Under the pieces are notes generated by a model. That model searched no databases, was not told the DNA's origin, and worked only from the letters and a program-made list of their open reading frames with translations. Positions 25,965 through 39,736 of a stretch of 64,000 bases of DNA are shown here, in pieces. Each line of letters starts with the position of its first letter. The first letter of the stretch is position 1. The translations under genes were made by a program, and so were the position numbers. The DNA is taken from contig NC_043004.1 in assembly GCF_006345805.1 (NCBI RefSeq), positions 54,126,001-54,190,000 on the forward strand. Reading direction: 5' to 3'. This DNA comes from Octopus sinensis (taxonomy: Eukaryota).

Positions 25965-26190
25965 CATTCTTCTATTCTTTTCGTTTACTTTTTTCAGTCA
26001 TTTGACAGCGGTCATGCTGGAGTACTGCCTTGAAGGGATTTAACCGAAGTAGTCGCCTCCAGGACTTATTCTTTAAGTCTAGTACTTATTCTATCGCTCA
26101 CTTTTGCGGAACCACTAAGTTAAGGGGACATAAACACACTAACACCGATTGTTAATCAGTAATGGAGCGACAGGCACAAACACAGACACA
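25965..26190 (-). mobile_element. 3' half of SINE family C
   Basis: Diverged match to 25311-25530. Confidence 0.7.
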
Positions 26191-27061
26191 CAGACTCCTT
26201 TAAGAATCTTAGTGGGAACCATGTCGCCAGCTTTAAGTCAATCAATAAGAGACATTGAACAGCTTTGTCAGATTCCGTATGGTGACTGAAGGAGGATACA
26301 ATGAACTACAGCATAACTTCGTCAGGAGTAAGACGCATGAAACCTTACAATATAATTTCCAGGAGATGTTGCCTCTGCTCCGAGTAATCCCTATATATTC
26401 TGGGGACTAACGAGAACATCATTAATAGAATTTTTGAAGGACTCTCAAGATGCTTACACGCATATGAATGTAGTTTCACACAATGCAGTGGGAATGGATT
26501 TTGAGTAACCGTTAACATAATGTAATTTACTTTAAGGCATGCATGACTTAAGTTTACTTTTAACCTCCCCATTCTTACAAGCACCAAGTTTACTCGCTTT
26601 GTGGTACTCAGTGCACCAAACCTCACGTATGCATATGCTCACATTTTCGCGGATGCTTGTATGAGCGAGTGTACTCACGCCATGCAGAATGCCCGAAGGC
26701 ATACCAACATCCATATTTGTTAACGGTTATTTTTAATACTTATCTCGCTTGATTGCATGTTCGTTTCTCTTTTTTTTTTCATCTGTGATGGTATTTGTGA
26801 TCTTCTATATAAATGCAGATATTTCCTCCGTCTAATTGCTTTTCTTTCTACAAAACGAGAAGTTACATTGCAGAATTGTCATTTTAACGCGTTGTATCAC
26901 TTTATCCCTCAACGAGATACAACTGCACCGCCGGAGGCTACTGAACTAGTTGTTGACTGTCCCACCAATGAAGGATCGATGCTAGATGTGTAGAAACAAT
27001 TGTGATTAATAATAAACTCTCGTATTTCCATATTCTGTCTTTCATCTGCAATATATATATT

Positions 27062-27305
27062 ACACATCGCTGGTCACAATGCGTTCGCATTGTTTTAGCC
27101 TTCGAATGACGCTGGCTAAGCGAGCAGGCCAACAGAAGAAAGAGTGGTGAAAGAGTACAGCAGGGATCACCACCCCCTGCCGGAGCCTCGTGGAGCTTTT
27201 AGGTGTTTTCGCTCAATAAACACTCACAAAGCCCGGTCTGGGAATCGAAACCGCGATCCTACAACCGCGAGTCCGCTGCTCTAACCACTGGGCCATTGCG
27301 CCTCC
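27062..27305 (-). mobile_element. SINE family A copy with internal deletion
   Basis: Reverse complement of 541-845; intact head GGAGGCGCAATGGCCCAGTGGTTAG. Confidence 0.85.
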
Positions 27306-27407
27306 ACACACACACACACACACACACAAATGTATATATATATATATATATTATATATATATATATATTTATACACTCACACACACACACACAACACATA
27401 TATATAT

Positions 27408-27440
<33 letters not shown>

Positions 27441-27445
27441 CTACA

Positions 27446-27561
<116 letters not shown>

Positions 27562-27666
27562 AATATAAGGGGGGAAGTTTAATATTAATATCAATTTAAA
27601 GCCAGTGGCTTAGCATATTGGAAAATCTGAAGATTCAGAAAAATTATATTACATGTATATAAGAGG

Positions 27667-27820
27667 GATGACCACTAAGTGGACATCCATTATGCTAGAG
27701 GTAGACCCCATGTGGTCTGACCACTAAGAAAAGAATGTTCTCAGCGAATAATCTTTTATCTAGAGGTCAGAGCATATGGGGTCTACCTCTAGCATAATGG
27801 CTGTCCACTTAGTGGTCATC
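27667..27820. repeat. 48-bp inverted repeat between (AT)n tracts
   Basis: GATGACCACTAAGTGGACA...GACCCCATGTG (27667-27714) / 27773-27820. Confidence 0.9.
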
Positions 27821-27890
27821 TCCCTTATGTATGTATAAATATATATATATATATATATATATGTATAAGGGTGAAAAGGACAACGAGTTG

Positions 27891-29905
27891 ATATATATGA
27901 AAAACAAGTAAAAATATAAAATGCTAAAATAATTTTATAGAACATTTCAGTACCGGTTCGGTCATTTTGAGACCTTTTCAACTGTAACGATTAAATAATT
28001 AAATTTAGAAAAATTAGAAGAAAAGTTTTTTTAAAAGAATATTTCTATAGTAGTGTTCAGATTTAAGTGGCATTCTGCCTTTCTCTCTGACTCCCTTTTT
28101 GCACTTGTGTGTTCGAGGTAGTTGTGAGCTCTTGGTAGGGTAGTAGAGAGAAGGCTGGTGAGGAAAGGGGGTGGGAGAATCTGGGAGTGCCCTGATGGTC
28201 GTATTTTTTGAATGGTCATGGCGGCTGGCAGTCTCAGTTCAATTCAGGAGAATATTTTATTGACAGGCTTCTTTATAGAATTAGCGTAGGTGTTATACTA
28301 AAAAACATTAGTGACGAACTTAAGGGGTAGGGGGTGGAGAAGAAGAAGAAGAAGAAGAAGAAGAAGAAGAAGGAGAAGGAGAAGGAGAAGATGACGATGG
28401 TGGTGATGGTGGTGATGATTATGACGACGATGATGATGATAACGATGATGATGAAGAGAAGAAGAAGAAGAGGAGGAGAAGGAGAAGATGGTGGTGATGA
28501 TGGTGGCGATGATGATGATGCCCTGATTATATGATAACGATGATGATGAAGAAGAAGAGTATGAAGAAGAAGAAGAAAAAACAGGAGAGGGAGAATATGA
28601 ATGTAAATATAGCTGTGAAGGGGCTGATTAGTAATGGATTCTATTGAGTGTAGTATTTGGTGTGTATATATATTTTTTTCTTTTATTCTAAGGTTGAGGT
28701 ATATTAATTGTTTGTCGTAGACCCGTTAAGAAGTGGCTTGTATTTTGTAATAAAGAGATTTTCTTTACTTATTCGTTGTCTCGAGGTTGTATCGTCCCTA
28801 CATTGGTAGAGGGGAAAATTCTGAAGTTTGGTGTTTTTTTTTTTGGCGCAAGTATCTATGTGTTGGCTAAAAGCTATTTTTCCTGTTTGGGGATTTTTAT
28901 CTGGGATCTGTGCAGGGCCATTCGTTTTTAGCTTTTAGCCAACACATAGATACTTGCGCAACAAAAAACACAAACTTCAGAATTTTCCCCCTCTACCCAT
29001 TTAGGGACGATACAACCTCGAGACAACGAATAAGTAAAGAAAATCTCTTTATTACAAAATACAAGCCACTTCTTAACGGGTCTACGACAAACAATTAATA
29101 TACCTCAACCTTAGAATAAAAGAAAAAAATATATATACCACACAAATACTACACTCAATAGAATCCATTACTAATCCGCCCCTTCATAGCTATATTTACA
29201 TTCATATTCTCCCTTCTCTGTTTTTTCTTCTTCTTCTTCTTCCTCTTCTTCTTCATCATCGTTTATCATCATCATCGGCATCATCATCATCGCCACCATC
29301 ATCACCACCATCTTCTCCTTCTCCTCCTTCTTCTTCTTCTTCTTCTTCATCATCATCGTTATCATCATCATCGTCGTCATAATCATCACCACCATCACCA
29401 TCATCGTCATCTTCTCCTTCTCCTTCTCCTTCTTCTTCTTCTTCTTCTTCTTCTTCTTCTCCACCCCCTACCCCTTAAGTTCGTCACTAATGTTTTTTAG
29501 TATAACACCTACGCTAATTCTATAAAGAAGCCTGTCAATATAAATATTCTCCTGAATTGAACTGAGACTGCCAGCCGCCACTGACCATTCAAAATACGAC
29601 CATCAGGGCACTCCCAGATTCTCCCACCCCCTTTCCTCACCAGCCTTCTCTCTACTACCCTACCAAGAGCTCACAACTACCTCGAACACACAAGTGCAAA
29701 CAAGGGAGTCAGAGAAGGCAGAATGCCACTTAAATCTGAACACTACTATAGAATATTCTTTTAAAAAACTTTTCTTCTAATTTTTCTAAATTTATTATTT
29801 AATCGTTACATTGAAAGGTCTCAAAATGACCGAAACCGGTACTGAAATGTTCACTATAAAATTATTTTAGCATTTTCTATTTTTTACTTGTTTTTTCATA
29901 TATAT
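27891..29905. mobile_element. ~2-kb palindrome of a Penelope-like element 3' end
   Basis: Arms ~27891-28876 and 28929-29905 with 52-bp spacer; each arm encodes a GIY-YIG C-terminus (QHIDTCATKNTNFRIFPLYPF...KENLFITKYKPLLN) and has a hammerhead-like motif near the outer end. Confidence 0.85.
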
Positions 29906-30659
29906 ATATATATATATATATATCGATCTGTGTATGTTACTGCGTTCTCTATATAAACTTTCGGATGAGGATTTCGAATTACACTTAGTCATTTCACAGT
30001 GTTCCTGTTCAGTCTTTTCCCCTCTCTTTCGGCATGTTCACCACACTGCCCTGTGTCTATTTACACTTCTCATTTTATTTCGAGTATTGAATTTACTTCC
30101 GAAAATTAGTCTCAGATTTCAGTATTTAAACATGATAGCTCACTCGTAGGCGATTAGACTTCACTTCAGCAAAAGAAAACACATATTAGACCATGGTCGA
30201 TAACATTCAGAAAGCACGTTAATGCAGCACCTACAGTGGTATCATTCAATATTTTTGTCAAGTATATCTTTTTTATTTCATTTTATTTTTCTAAAAGTTA
30301 ATGGATATTTATCGAGTCTGGTGAATTGCAATATATACTACCTCCTGTTTCAGAGTCTGTTTTATATTTGTTGGCTTCCTTGAAGACCGAAATAGAATTT
30401 TTATTTTTTATTTAGCTTATCTTGTTATTTATCTTTTATCATTTTATATTCTTTAACAGATAATTTTATAGTCCTGCATTAAGAACTTTTTAACAACTTT
30501 CTATTTGCCGAAAGACCTCACTTCCTTGTATTTGTGGTAAATATATTTCAATGTTAGTGTTCGGGTGGCATTTTCTGAATCCAGTCATTATCTTTCCCGT
30601 GTAGTCTCTCTAATGCAATAAGATTCTAGGTGAGGATATTATAACTATAGATGTCTGTG

Positions 30660-30770
30660 AGGTAAGAAGCTTGTTTGACAACCATGTTCAGTCCATTGTT
30701 CAGCACTTTACACAAATCCTTGCAGTGATTTGGTAGACGGAAACTCTGTGTGTACATATGTGTGTGTATA

Positions 30771-30821
<51 letters not shown>

Positions 30822-31107
30822 GTGTTGTGTGTGTGTGTGTGTGTGTGCGTGTGTGTAATATAATTATAATATTTTTTGTTTTGTCCCCTAAGACGGCTTG
30901 ACAACTAGAGTTGGTTTACTTACGTAGATAAATTAGTATCTAGTTTCCGTCTAGTTTCCGTCTACCAAATCCACTCACAAGGCATTGGTCGGCCCGGGGC
31001 TATAGGCGAAGACACTTGCCCAAGATGCCACGCAGTGGGACTGAACCCGGAACCATGTGGTTGGTTAGCAAACTACTTACCACACAGCCACTCCTGCGCC
31101 TATTATT

Positions 31108-31138
<31 letters not shown>

Positions 31139-31335
31139 TATGTGTGTTTGTAACCCCATCATCGCTTGACAACCGATGCTACTGTGTTTACGCCCCCGTA
31201 ACTTAGTGGTTCGCAATAGAGACCGACAGAATAAGTACTAGGCTTACACAGAATAAGTCAGGCGGTCTATTTGTTCGACTAAATGTCAGTGCTCCAGCAT
31301 GGCCGCAGTCAAATGACTGAAACAAATAAAAGAAT
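30660..31335. mobile_element. Cluster of SINE family C pieces in mixed orientation
   Basis: Minus-strand head half ~30950-31100 between plus-strand pieces at 30660-30920 and 31140-31335. Confidence 0.7.
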
Positions 31336-31559
31336 AGAAAAAGAAAAAAGAAAGATATTTATTAGGAACAATAAAAGAAAATATCAGAATGTATTGTGTA
31401 TTGTAATTGTACAAATGTATGCAATTTGTTGTAGATAAATATTAACAAGAAATTCTTATATTGATATCTAAGCGTCTAGAGGAAAACCATTGATATAAAT
31501 ATATCATTCACACACAAATATATACACTCTTGCACACACACACATATTTATGTACGTAC

Positions 31560-31586
31560 GTGTGTGTGTTTTTATTTATATATGTG

Positions 31587-31618
<32 letters not shown>

Positions 31619-31639
31619 CATACCTACTATATACACATA

Positions 31640-31690
<51 letters not shown>

Positions 31691-31772
31691 TGTGTGTGTG
31701 TGTAATATATATATATAACTATATATAATATATGTGTGTTGTGTTTATGTATATATATATATATATTATATA

Positions 31773-31843
<71 letters not shown>

Positions 31844-31893
31844 ATACATATATAATATACATATATATATATATATATTATATATATTACATA

Positions 31894-31938
<45 letters not shown>

Positions 31939-32004
31939 ATATTATATATATATATATAATATATATATACATATATATTCATACATATATATATATATAT
32001 AATC

Positions 32005-32078
<74 letters not shown>

Positions 32079-32244
32079 CATATATATATATCTATACATA
32101 TATATATATATAACTTATATATATATACCTATATATATATATACATATATATATTATATACATATATATATATATATACATATATCTATATATTACATAT
32201 ATATATAATATACATATATATATATATATATACATATATATATC

Positions 32245-32277
<33 letters not shown>

Positions 32278-32296
32278 CATATATTATATATATATA

Positions 32297-32330
<34 letters not shown>

Positions 32331-32340
32331 TATATTATAC

Positions 32341-32410
<70 letters not shown>

Positions 32411-32455
32411 CATATATATATATAATATATACATATATATATCATTATACATATC

Positions 32456-32509
<54 letters not shown>

Positions 32510-32515
32510 CATATA

Positions 32516-32560
<45 letters not shown>

Positions 32561-32641
32561 CATCTATATATATATATATATATCTACATATATTATATAC
32601 ATATCTATATATAATATATATATATATATTATATACATATA

Positions 32642-32726
<85 letters not shown>

Positions 32727-32786
32727 CTATACATATATATATATCTACAATATATAATATATAATAATATACATATTATATATATA

Positions 32787-32827
<41 letters not shown>

Positions 32828-32831
32828 TATC

Positions 32832-32863
<32 letters not shown>

Positions 32864-33037
32864 CATATATAATATATATACATATATATATATACAATCT
32901 ATATATATATACAATAGATATATATATATACATATATATATAGATATATACATATATATATATATTACATATATAGATAGATATCACATATAGATATACT
33001 ATATAACATATATATATATATTATATATAGATCATAG

Positions 33038-33068
<31 letters not shown>

Positions 33069-33077
33069 CATATATAT

Positions 33078-33108
<31 letters not shown>

Positions 33109-33820
33109 CTACATATATCTATATATATACATATATATATTATATATACATATATATATATATATACCTATATATATATATCCTATATATATCATATATC
33201 AATATATATCTATATATACATAGAATATATAATATATATACATATATATATTATCATATATATATATCTATACATCTATATCTATATATACATATATATA
33301 TTATCTATATACATCTATCTATATCTACCCTATATATCATATGATATATCTAATTACAATCTAATACATATATCTATATATATATCATATATATATAATA
33401 TACATATATATCGATATACATCTATTATATACTATATATATATTCCATATCTCTATATCTACATATCTATCTACTATATATATAATATCTATACATATAT
33501 CTATATATACAGAGATCTATATATATTATAATACATATATAATATCTATTTATATACATATATATACATATAGATCTATACTATCTATACATATATATAT
33601 AATATATACCTATATATATATATATAATATACATTATCTATATATATATATGATACCTATATATATACGTATATACATATATATACATCTAATAGATCTA
33701 ATATACATATATATACCTATATATATATATATATATATAATATAACTCTATATATATATATATATAGATATATATACTATATATAATAATATATATACAT
33801 ATATATGTTATATGTATATA
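31560..33820. repeat. ~2.2-kb degenerate (AT)n/(ATAC) tract
   Basis: Direct reading. Confidence 0.97.
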
Positions 33821-34306
33821 TTTTTCGAAAATTTTATCCTATATTAGATGTAATTTTAATACTTTCACTTCCGGACTCCTCAATCTATGCGAATTTTCAG
33901 CCCGTCCATACGTGTCTTGAGGTATGCTGTGGAATTTCTAGTTTGGATATAATTGGGGTACTTAAGTGTGCTCATGACTTAGTGTTTACTTCTTCCCTGT
34001 GTACAAGTAAGTATCTCATTTATTTTCTTATCGTATTTATCGCTGATGACGAGAAAATTCTAAATGAATTAACTCAGAAATTGGGACCGATCCGATAATA
34101 ACGAAGATTGTTTTAGAAATTTCCATCAACTTGCTTTCGAGACGTGTGCTTATAGTGATAAATTATATGGTTATTGACGATTAAATCTATTTCGGCATTG
34201 ACTTTTTTTCTTTTGCCCTTGATTATAAGTTGTTTATAAATTGAACATTTAAAGATATTTCTGGCCATTGATAAAATTTTTTCGAAAATTTTATCCTATA
34301 TTAGAT
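33821..34306 (+). mobile_element. 457-bp unit with 29-bp terminal direct repeat and central hammerhead (retrozyme/pLTR-like)
   Basis: TTTTTCGAAAATTTTATCCTATATTAGAT at 33821-33849 and 34278-34306. Confidence 0.7.
34037..34098 (+). ncRNA. Near-intact type I hammerhead ribozyme
   Basis: TTATCG-CTGATGA-CGAG..AATTC(TAAAT)GAATT..CTCA-GAAATTG(GGAC)CGATC-CGATAA; 6-bp helix I, intact core, AUC triplet, C-A mismatch at the helix II base. Confidence 0.7.
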
Positions 34307-34949
34307 ATATATATACAATGAAATGGCAATCACCATATCAACACACAGAAACAGTAATAATACCAAAAGATGAAATATTCACTCTCAGTGTGGGGTATAT
34401 CATTGACAACACCGAAAGAGGCCAAAATCATGTGATTTGGTAGTTTTGGCCACAAAAGCAGCGGTGATTGTATACCACTAGTATGATGTGCATTCACAAG
34501 CCATATGAGACTTTTTCTCTCTTGGTAAATATAGCAGTATTTGTGTGTTCTAACACAAAATTCACTTTTAAATGGTGAACATTTTACCGAATATAAATAC
34601 ATACGTACGTACGGATGGGCAGGTGTACGCACATGTGTATGTATGTATGTATGTATGTATGTATGTATGTATGTATGTATGTATGTATGTATGTATGTAT
34701 ATATGAATGTATGTAAGTTTGTATGTATATAATATATACAAAAAAATAATGTGCATTAAAAACTTTGAAGGTCGCAAAATTATTCGAAAGCACAGTGACA
34801 TGTTACATTCCAATGCATTGTGCTTTCGCTTAAGTTTCCTCTCTCCGGAGTCCTCTATGCACATTGTTTGAAACCTAATATTACTACTAAGTATAAACAA
34901 TGTACGTACAGGAGTCTTGGTAATTTCACATCTGCAGCCTGCAGCTTTA

Positions 34950-35420
34950 TTTCATCCACATGCAAAGTATGGTTGACTGTTATTCTGTAAAATTTTGTTT
35001 CCTAATTACAATACATTTTTGACATCTTCTTTTAAATTAAAATTGCTTTCCTATTTATTCCTCTCTGAGTTACTTGAAAGTCAATGGTGCTATTACTAGA
35101 GTATCTACTTATTACATTTCTACATAAAGCCTCCTGACAACCAGTCCTTACTATTTTCGAAACCTTCTTTCTCATACTGCCTTTAGTTATTTCATCAATA
35201 TTTCTTCCATATTACATGGTTCTTTGTAGCACTGTTCTGTTCTTTTACAAGTATATTGTATTCTAATTGCAGGGGCTGACGTACTTTTTAGTTGTATTAT
35301 TGATGGCTGTGCATACAGTCTGTTGCATGTCTATAATTATGTGGTTTAATGTTTCGTCAAAAGCAGTTTAAGATGGGTTTTCACTCCGCCAGCTATTCAG
35401 CTATTATTCCGTAATTTCTG
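34950..35420 (-). mobile_element. Possible very degenerate L1-type RT N-terminal relic
   Basis: Weak resemblance to the SPG.DG...EFY and SQRRGII.LIPK region (TQRGINR). Confidence 0.3.
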
Positions 35421-35571
35421 TATCGTTACCAAATTTGGAAATACTTTGTGGTGGAAACTTTTGAAGTTCTTCTTCTTCTTCTTCTCTTCTATCTTCTTTT
35501 CTTTTCTTCTTTTCTTCTTCTTCTTCTTCTTCTTCTTCTTCTTCTTCTTCTACTTATTATTATTATTATTA

Positions 35572-35609
<38 letters not shown>

Positions 35610-35621
35610 TATTATTATTAT

Positions 35622-35791
35622 ATATGTTTGACTTTTGCTTTATGTCTGTACAAGTTGGCTCCAAGTCTCACCCAGAGACCTCAAGAGACAACAGGTTGGA
35701 AGTTCTGTGCCATATATTTGGGTTTTTTTTTTCTTTTCTCCCTTTTTTTTGGGTGTTGTACTAGTGAATGTCTAATACATAAAAAAAAGAT

Positions 35792-35823
<32 letters not shown>

Positions 35824-38800
35824 TAAAAAAAAGTTTGTTTTAAACCTTGGGATTACATAGAGAGTATTTTGCGTAGGATATGAGCAGTTCCCATGAGCAC
35901 TATCTTTTGAATTTCTGACATTTTGGGGTTTCCTGGTATCTGAGTTAGGTAGCAATCAGTCCCTTTCGCTATCATTCCCAGGGCACCTATGACAACAGGT
36001 ATTGTTTTAGTCTTCAGCTTCCACATTTTGCTGATTTCTAGTTCAAGATCTTTATATTTGCTCAGTTTTTGGTAGGTCTTGACAGATACGTTTATATCGA
36101 TTGGGACAGTCATATCAATGAGGAGGCATGTTCTTTGTCTGAAGTCTTTCAATATAATGTCTGGCCTATTTGCATCTATCTTCCTGTCAGTTTGAATGGT
36201 GAAGTTCCAGAGGAGTGAGATGTGGTCATTTTCAAGCACTGGAGGTGGATTGTGTTCCCACCAGTTTTTTTCATGGGGCAAATCCAGGTTTTTGCAAATT
36301 ACCCAGTGAATATATTGTGCATCTCTATCATGCCTACTGAGGTACTCTGTAGGCGCTAGAAGACTGCATTTGGAGACAACATGATCAATGGTTTCATTTT
36401 GTTGTCGGCATACACGACATGCTGGGCTACTGCCGTTCTTTAATATGTTGGCCTGGTAGTTTCTTGTTGGTAGGCATTGATCTTGAGCTGCTATGATAAA
36501 CCCCTCTGTTTCAAATTTTAAGCAAGAGGCCATTAGCCATTGATGGGTCAGGGCTTTGTCGAAATCTGCATTATTCGCTCTCTTTGGGTATTTGCCATAG
36601 AGAGGTTTTTCTTGCCATTTATTATTCAGAATATCTAAGGCCGCAGTTTTGGCACGGGTTTTCATGCGCTTAGCTTTTTCTGTGCCTGTTTCTTGTATGT
36701 CTATCTCTAATTCCGAAATTGGTTGTATTCGGAATTCACTTAGATATTCCTTTGCCTGTTTTGTGACTGAATATGATGCTTTCTTGTTTTCATGTTTTGA
36801 GACAAGTTTTAACATCCAATCCTCAGAGTTTTTCAGGTAGGTGTCTAGGCCAATTGTAGCAATCTTCATTGTTATTGCCAGTTGCAAAAGACCACGGCCT
36901 CCCTCTTTTCTTGGCAGATAGAGTCGTTCTGTATCTGCCTTAGGGTGGTGCATTCTATGCATTATCAACAGTTTCCTTATTTTTCTGTCGAGCTGACATA
37001 TTTCAGTAATTGACCAGTTAACAATATTGAAACTGTAAGTCACGACTGGTATGGCTAATGCATTGATCGCTTCGATCCTGTTTCTTGCATTCAGCTCTGT
37101 CTTGAGTATTGCTCTCACTCTTCGATAGCATTCTCTCCTGATCCTTTCCTTCATCTCTGAATGCCTTATTCCGTTCCCTTCAATTACCCCTAGGTACTTG
37201 TAGCTCTCCGCTGGGTCTAGTTCTTTTATGACATTCTGCTGGTCAAGGTTAACGTTAGATGTTTCTGACATTTTTCCTTTGATAAAGGTAGCTTTGGCAC
37301 ATTTATCGAGGCCGAATTGCATTCTGATGTCGTCACTGAATTGTGTGACTATCGCTAGTAAGCCCTTGAGTTGTTGGTCATTTTTTGCAAAAAGCTTTAA
37401 GTCATCCATGTAAATGAGATGATTTATATTTTTATCAAACATTTTATACCCGTACTGCGCGTCATTGAGCAGCTTTGAGAGAGGTATTAAGGATAAACAA
37501 AAGAGGAGTGGTGACAGCGAGCCACCCTGGAAAATGCCACACGACATTTTTACATCACCAGCATTTAGGGATTCATTGTCACTGTTCAGAGTTAGTGTGG
37601 TTCTCCATGATCTCATACTTACCGTCAAGAAGTTTCGCAGAGTAGGTGCTATCTTCTACATTTCCAGGCATTTCCTAATCCAGCTATGTGGTAGGCTATC
37701 AAAAGCCTTTTTATAGTCTATCCAGGCTATTGATAAGTTTTTGTGTCGTTTGTGACAATCTTCTAAGATCATCTTATTGATGAGTAGTTGGTCTTTACAG
37801 CCGTAGGATCCACGTTTACATCCTTTCTGTTCATTAGGGATATGCTGCTGTCTGTTAAAAAACTATAGGTATATTCCGTCAGGACAGATGTTAGTGTTTT
37901 GTACATAGTTGTTAAGCAGGTTATGGGTCTATAGTTTTTTGGTTCATTTGTTTCTTCACTTTTTGGAAGCAGGAATGTTAACCCATTAACTAGCCAAGGA
38001 GGCATCCTACTAGGGTGTTGCAAAACATCATTGTACAGTTCTGTTAGCAGTTCATGGCTCTCTGGGAAGGCATTCAGCCAGAAGTTAGGAATTTTATCCT
38101 TCCCTGGAGACTTCCATTTGCTTGACCTCCTGAGAGCAGATCTTATATCTTCTACCTTGACACCCTCCCACTTTTGCTCTTCTAAGGGGTCCAGTTCTGT
38201 AGATATTCTGTCAATCCAGGGGGCCTTTTCGTTGTGTGTTTTTTCTTCTGCCCAGATTTTATTCCAAAATCCCTGCACTTCTTTTGATGGTACAGACCTT
38301 GCAGTAAACGCTGTTTTTCCTATCTTCCTGTAAAAATTCTTGGTGTTATTTTTTAACATGTTGTTGTCCTTGAAAAATCTAACACGCTTTTCATACCTCG
38401 CTATGCGGGCAGCTTTGGCAGATACCTTTTGTTTGATGGTTTCTATGGTGGCATCAATATCAAGTATAGTTTTCATATTGTATTTTTTCAGTAATTTTTG
38501 GGTTTTTGTAGGTTTAGTAGTCTTGTGAGCCTTTTTCAAATATTCAATGTCAGATCTAGATATATTAATTTGTTGTGGCAAACGCTCTTGCCAAGAAGGC
38601 TTTTTGTGAGAATGTTGCCGTTTTCTAATCTTTACACCACATAGGATCGTTGAGATTTTCGCGGATGCATAGTATAGGTGGTTGAGGTTTGTGATATCAA
38701 CATCATTAGCTGAAATTATATCCTTTAGTGCAAGCCGGATTTTACCAATTATTTTCATGTTTTGGTTAGAGTTGCGGATATTAGGAAGTGTATCACGTTC

Positions 38801-39736
38801 ATCCATGCTGGTTTCTTTAATTTTCAGCCATTCAATCATGATTTGACTTTTTAGCTCATGTAGTTCTGTTGGGTCAATATTTGTGTGACTTTCTTTATCT
38901 ATTTGATGCTCATCTGTCTTAATGTTTATGATTGGTTCAGGGAGTATTTCACTTTGCCTATCACTTATACTAACTCTTTCAATCCTCACTTCGTTTTTAT
39001 CAGCCCTGGGCTGGTCTATAATTATTTCCTCTGTATTATCTTCTCTAGCTGCAGCTTCGTTCATTTTATCCGATATTGCTTGTCTAACCTGATCAATCTC
39101 TACTTCAGTCAGTAATTTCTTTTTTATAATGTTTCTTTTGACGTTGGCAAGTTTGTTACTGTCTATGTAGGGTCTTACTTCAGGGTGTTTCTGTCTCCAG
39201 TTTAAGAATGCTTGTACAGTGCTAGATTTATCTGTGGGGAAATATATAAAGAACTTCTTTATTATCTTCCCTAGACCATTTCTCCTTATTATTTGGTGAT
39301 GAGCATGGATGGCCATCTGTTGGAATATTCCGGTTGTGGGGTACGTCCAGCTCCTGTGTGTTGGGAAGATTTGATCCAGTAGCTGATTTTTCAATCAGAC
39401 TTTGGTTCAATTTTCGGGTACGTGGTCTTTTGTAATCCGCGCAACGACCAATGCGGTTTATTGTTTGATTTGTTGACCTTGAAGCATGACGAGCATCCAT
39501 TCTTATATTAGGAGATGGATCTGTCAGTTCTACATGTAAGCATTGCTCATAGCGCAGCTTCTTAAGACTAGCAGATCTATATTCGTCTGTATTTTTTTTG
39601 TTGATAGTTTTATCTCCGAACATTTTTTTCTCCTCTTCCTTTCTTCAAGGCTCACTCTGCCTGTATTAGTTTGAAATAATGAGAATAAAATACGGAGAAG
39701 GAAACGAAAAGACAGAGAAAAAGACGGGATCTGTCA
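35622..39736 (-). mobile_element. Full-length R4/Dong-clade RLE non-LTR retrotransposon (copy A), disrupted
   Basis: N-terminal KWSREDNKEV, RT motifs (KSPGKDKIPNFWL, NYRPITCL, QGGSLSPLLF, YMDD), CRVC..ETIDH...C knuckle, RPD..D..KLSKY restriction-like nuclease; frameshifts near 39240 and 37845, stop near 37660; AAT-type repeats at both ends. Confidence 0.93.
35853..37628 (-). pseudogene. Open 591-aa C-terminal part of the R4 ORF (RT, zinc knuckle, RLE)
   Basis: ORF track; upstream continuation broken by a stop and a frameshift. Confidence 0.9.

Noticed and set aside
26960-27010. Possible hammerhead CCAATGA...GAAACAATTGT
   Set aside because: Core and helix II too degenerate; similar weak cases near 5750-5800, 20570-20615 and 23320-23360 also not called
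31530-33000. Many IY-repeat ORFs
   Set aside because: (AT)n tract artefacts
34330-34632. 100-aa ORF in unique sequence as an exon
   Set aside because: Starts in a microsatellite, no recognisable domain, no convincing splice pair
35853-39394. 591-aa and 541-aa ORFs as host genes or an active element
   Set aside because: They are pieces of one R4 ORF broken by frameshifts and a stop
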